From Yuukianura sp. NJ FZ-2021 (Eukaryota): DNA of 64,000 bases. The position numbers were made by a program, and so were the translations under genes. The stretch covers positions 8,990,001 to 9,054,000 of the forward strand of contig CM102285.1 of NCBI GenBank assembly GCA_046563655.1. Reading direction: 5' to 3'. The notes below the pieces were generated by a model. That model did no database searches, was not told where the DNA came from, and saw only the letters and a list, made by a program, of their open reading frames with translations. Shown piece after piece: positions 58,937 to 64,000 of this stretch; position 1 is the stretch's first letter; each line of letters begins with the position of its first letter.

Positions 58937-61900
58937 GATTAGGCGAAAATTATTTAAGAAATGAAGTGACAGTTGGACTTTAAGTGAAAGTCGACGCAAT
59001 CTACGGCGAATCGAAGGTTGTAGTAGTTCAATCCAATTCAAAATCAAGATTAAACCAAGCTTGTTCCAGGTTTTTACTTAAATAGGAAGTGCGAATCCTT
59101 TCCTGAACTACAACAAAAAAAAAGTTAGTCGAGCGTGACGATGCGAAAAAAAGTAGCGTATGATCCCATGCCGTTGAATCAGATAATTTGGTAATAGCTG
59201 GACTGGAGGTCAGAGGTTAATTATTTTTAAGCTCCAGGGTAAGTCAGTCTGCGTAATTTTTTGGAGATATCTCCGTAGATCTTGTTGTGATTTTGGAAAA
59301 TTACAGAAAACAGGTTCACAGCTGGAAATTGAGCAGCATGGCGTGGAATTGGTACCGCCATGGACGTGTGAAAATGATGTTCATGTGGATTACTTTGGCA
59401 GGAATTTTGCGCACACATACACACAAAAAGCACTGGCAATGCCGCCTTTGAGCCTCGCAGGTTAGAAGTACGGGCGACCGGATGTAAAAAATGAAGGACG
59501 TAAATTTTTTTTTTCTTATAAGTTTCTATCCCTGAAGAACGACAAAGATCATTGTCCGAAAGCTACATAGGATCTTTTTGAATAAAGATTTACAAGTTAA
59601 AACATCAACTGGCGTTATTCCGATCTAAAATGCAACTTTAAAATGAAGGCTCAGTCGTGAAACCAATTTTAATTTTCCTCTTCCATAAAACTACAAGTCT
59701 GTGGTCATTTTTTTAAATATGTAGACGTTTTCGCTACAAATATTTTTCGACCTTGAAGTGCTTTTTTCGATGCAAAAACCAAGGCCAACCTCCGCCAATT
59801 TCTGGTAATTTTTTGTCCTAAACCATTTTATAACTCGTCTCATTTTAGAAGCCGGGTTTGTTTCGTTTTTTTTTTGTCTTCCATTGCGACCCTTATGGAA
59901 AGTTAGTTTTTTAAAAAACTTTCTCCATTAGGTTTGTATACAAAATTTTAGAAAATTAATAACCTCAATGTTAACGTTTCGACGGAGACTGATTTTTTCT
60001 TAAATTTAAAAACTGCGTTCTAAAAAGAGACAAACTATAGCGAACCAATTCCAATCAGAATTCAAGTACACAAATTGTATAGGTATGTCTTGTTCTGAGA
60101 ATTGTAGCAAAGCAAAGCACGGAAAAGATTAAAACACAAGTTATTTTTCGATTCATGAGGAATAACAAATTCAAACGATTTGGAGGTTATAATGTCACTA
60201 AACAGGTTTATTGGGGTGGATTCTGTAAGTAGGATGACGTAAGATGGATGAATTTGAGCTTAGAGAAGATTATTAGTGAAAGCAGCGCATCTGGTAGGGA
60301 AATGGGGAAGTTTTTTTTTTGCTGAAAACAGGCTAGATCGCTGCTACTTTCTCCATGTTCCCACCAGATGAAACCACTGATCTAAGTCATGTTTGGTAGG
60401 CACAAAGGCCAACCAAAGACTTAACTTATGCTTACCATGACTTCTAGGCCAAAGCCTTCTTCTCAACATTTCAACTTTCACTGTTCATTGTTTCACATAA
60501 GAGAAAAGATCTCAACTTGATACTGCAAAACGACTTGAAAGGACACTAATCCGCTTGGAAAGTGAATTTAAGCCAACAAACTACCGCAGAATCCTATCTC
60601 CTCTGCTTGAAACTAAACACTAACAAACGACCATAAATAACTAACTATGCCGTTTTATAGACTTTAAAGTTTTCCAACTTTTCAAAACTTTTACTTTGAA
60701 GAGAAAGCTCACTTTGAACTGGTTTCGTACTGTAAACAATTTCATCTAAAAACTGAGTTTTGCGAAATAGCTTTTTTTGAAAACTCAAATCCTAGGGTTT
60801 TACACACTGATCAAAGCTGGAATAAAAAGTTGAAAAGAAAGTTAAATGCGGGTGGGGTGGTTTAGGACGTTATTTTCACTTTTGTGCTAAAAAGTGCCAA
60901 TTTCCAGTGGGTTGGATTTGAAAAGTGCGTTGCCAGCAGTTTTTGAAGCAGTATGGCTAACATATGAAGTCCGAATAGATTTTTTGGAAAACTGCGGACT
61001 TTGAAGTGGTGTAGTACTTGAATTGAAATCTTTTGAAGGATCTCATCATTTTCACCTCATCGCATTCTCATCATCTGCTTCGCTGAGTTGAAACGATGAG
61101 ACTTGCACTTCACTTCATCCTTTGTGCAAGATCTGCTGAGTTTTCCATAATTTATTCCATTTCGGATTATTTTGAGCTCTAAGTTTTTTTGTAGTTTTGA
61201 AATTGAAATATTGATGAGAATGGGTTCGTTGAGTGAATTCAACTGTGGAACAGTAGAAACCAAACAAGAGAGTAATGAGTGAACTTAAATTATTCAATGG
61301 TCCATTACTGTCACAGCATCTTCATCATTATGAGATCAGCGCTACTGAACTTTCCCTTGCTTTCTCCTCTCGTCTAAAGAGGAAAATAGTGCTGTGCTCT
61401 ATGTCTCTTGGTTCATTTTGAAAATGAGGCCACTTTGAAAATTACTTGGAAGATCTGAATTGAAGTAATCCATTGAACTCCTACGGGATGTCGTATTAAA
61501 TCCAAACAGGAGTTACTTAACTCTTAACAAAGGGTTCAGCCAAGGATCCACTCTCTTCATGTTCAGTTCCTTCCGAATTATTATGAAGGCTCCCCTTCTC
61601 TTCATTCTTTAGTACCAAGTTTAGTATTTAAAAATTTCAAATTTCGAAATAGAAGACAATGTAAAAAAAAAAAGACAATACGTTTTTAAGTCAAATTGTG
61701 ACCTTGCCGTACATTTTCACATTTTCTTATGACAAAATCAAACTTTGGACCACAAAGATTCGTTTTGTCCACAACAATTAAATGTTTATAAATGATAGGG
61801 AATATTTTAAAAAGTGGGAAAAGGAAATTTTTCTTTGAAAATTTGCACGCCAACAATTTGCTCGATGTCGGAAAATGTTTGTTCTGTTTCGGCAACCACT

Positions 61901-64000
61901 TGAATTGGAATTTATTGAGGAAAACTCCAAAATTGGAGTTCCGAATAAATTAAAAGCAAAACAGTCAAATTTACTGTTGGAAGTGAAGGTTAAGTTGAAC
62001 CCCTTTCTCAATTCACCCATGTCAGTAAATTCAATTTATAAAGAACTAAATTAGGATTTAGTAACCTTTTGGATAGAATCACGAGATTATTCTGCACTGT
62101 TTACTAACAATTTTATGAACTGCGTCAAATTTGGAGTAGTGCGGCTACAGGGTGAAAAGAGACGCCGAAGTAGTGGAAGATTTTGGCAAGAGAAAGTTGG
62201 AGGGAGAAAGCGGGCTGGATTTGGAAGGCAAGGGAGTCTTGCAAAGGCCTCTCTTTGGTACGCATCTCCCAAAGTCTTCTGCTGAACAAAGTCCAAAACC
62301 TCCTACGTTAAGTCTCTAATTAACTTTCTTAGGCTTAACTTTTGGCGTACTATTAGCCACTCATCAACAAGTAATCTTCTTCAGCCGAACCCCAAACTTT
62401 CTTAGTTTAGAAAACTTGGCAATTTACAGTTTCTGGTGTGAAGGCACCAAACTTCAAAGTGATTTCCATCTCTTTCTTGGTTTGGTGAAAGTCATGGAGA
62501 AATTGGAAGTGTGGGCGGAGTGTTAATTGGAATTAAAATTATAATTTGTTAGTAAGTTTGTGAATTAAGTTTCTCAAAGAGAAAGTGGGGGATGAATACA
62601 GCTGCTTCTGGCGGTGGAGGAGGATACAGCAGTAAGAAATGCAAGGAAGACGTAAGTCACGTTCTTAATGGAGCCTTACGTTGAAATAACATTTACTTTC
62701 CCAATTACAAGTTTTCCTCAAAGAAATGAACAAGAAAAGTTTAATGTTCTAGGTCCAGTAGGGATACATTTCTCAGAAATTCCGACTTTACGCTCTATAT
62801 CCAAGTTCACCTTGATTATTTATGCTACGCGTATATGATTTTCCCCGAAGTTATTGTTTTGTATAAAACGCGTCCATAAAACATTCCACAAAAGCAGCGC
62901 TTTGAACTTTTTTGAACACATTTTGTACCTACTTTCAAAGATTTTCAAAATACTTCCTCATTTTTACCATAAAATTTCTCGTTAAGGTTCGTTCCGAATC
63001 ACCAGTAGAAAGCTTTGAATAGAAAGTACGGCGTAACATTTAACGGCTCTTCAAACTCTGCCAGCTCTTTGGCGCTGGTGATTATACGTGTCTGTGACTT
63101 TTTTTTTCCTAAACGCCAGCACTTTAGAGGCCGAAAAGACACAAAGTTTTGCTGAATTATTAGGTGGACATTTTCTGCGAAGCACGAAGCACTTGGGCTC
63201 CACATGGTGAAAAGCTTTCTCCACTTTTCGATTAATGGACAAAAAAGAGTCGCCGAAATGTCCTGCCGAATTTTTAAAGTCCTAACTTTTAGTAGCCTCC
63301 TGGTGGAGACTTCCTAGTTAGTTACTACCAACTGACTTTCCCCTCTGACGAAACTACTACTGGTTTCTCCTTAATGTGAGATACTAGTCCAGTAGTTCAG
63401 TTTACTTTATGTGCCCAACACAAGCTGAAATCCACTCCTTTTATGTCCCACCATGAATTAAGGTGGCACATAAAAAGGAAATGGGAAGTGGGACCTCTGC
63501 CACTGTCCATCTTCAAATTCAAGCTTGTCAATAAATTCGTTTTGGACTCACACAAGCGGACAGGGACGGCTTTTCCTTTAGAGCTTTTCCTCAGAGTTGT
63601 TCTATGGAAGGCGAAGAGTGTTCCAAGGGTTTAAGTTATTCCTTTTGAACTTTGGTTCTCTGAAATCCAGTGCTGTCTACATACGGACTTATGGCTCTCT
63701 TCTGCAGACTTCCTTGTGGAGTTGATGGTCTGAAAGCTCCAATTTCCACGAAATGCACAAACCTTAAGGAACTTAAAGCATTTGGAAAAAATTTGGGCCT
63801 TCAGAGAGAGAAGGAATTTGAAATTGAGCCAAAATAAGCAGAAAAGGCGAGACGCCTTTTATGACTAGGGAAAGCAGAAGAGAAAGTCTTTGCGGGAGGA
63901 ATTGAAAGGGCGGACTTTTTGCGTCCCGTAAAGAGTCAAGCTGTGTATTATTTCCGTAGGGAAAGTGTGTGGCAAACAGTGGAGCTTCAGTAGAGGGTGA

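Noticed and set aside
59000..64000. Scattered 60-80-aa ORFs
   Set aside because: Consistent with chance ORFs in AT-rich non-coding DNA.

Overview
Intron-rich eukaryotic DNA, probably from an arthropod (inferred from gene content). 1-22.6 kb: a minus-strand tandem cluster of secreted CUB-domain/trypsin-family genes (three intact proteases, one catalytically dead homolog, one CUB protein with a 3.4-kb acidic exon), with two gustatory-receptor-like paralogs apparently nested in an intron of one protease gene. Next come an XK-family scramblase-like gene and a small glycine-zipper gene. The main find is a complete, very young 7,255-bp Ty1/copia LTR retrotransposon (32494-39748) with identical 351-bp LTRs, an AAGCC target-site duplication, a tRNA-iMet PBS and a PPT. 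Its pol frame continues without a stop past RNase H into a ~557-aa protein with class I viral fusogen architecture (signal-like segment, KR cleavage site, fusion peptide, heptad repeat, Cys-rich ectodomain, TM anchor). It is thus a candidate envelope-bearing, retrovirus-like copia element in an animal, with an array of stem-loops in its long leader. 40-64 kb is mostly non-coding, with a hAT MITE, a possible piggyBac remnant and an RDH-like SDR gene. Exon boundaries were read by eye and no searches were run.
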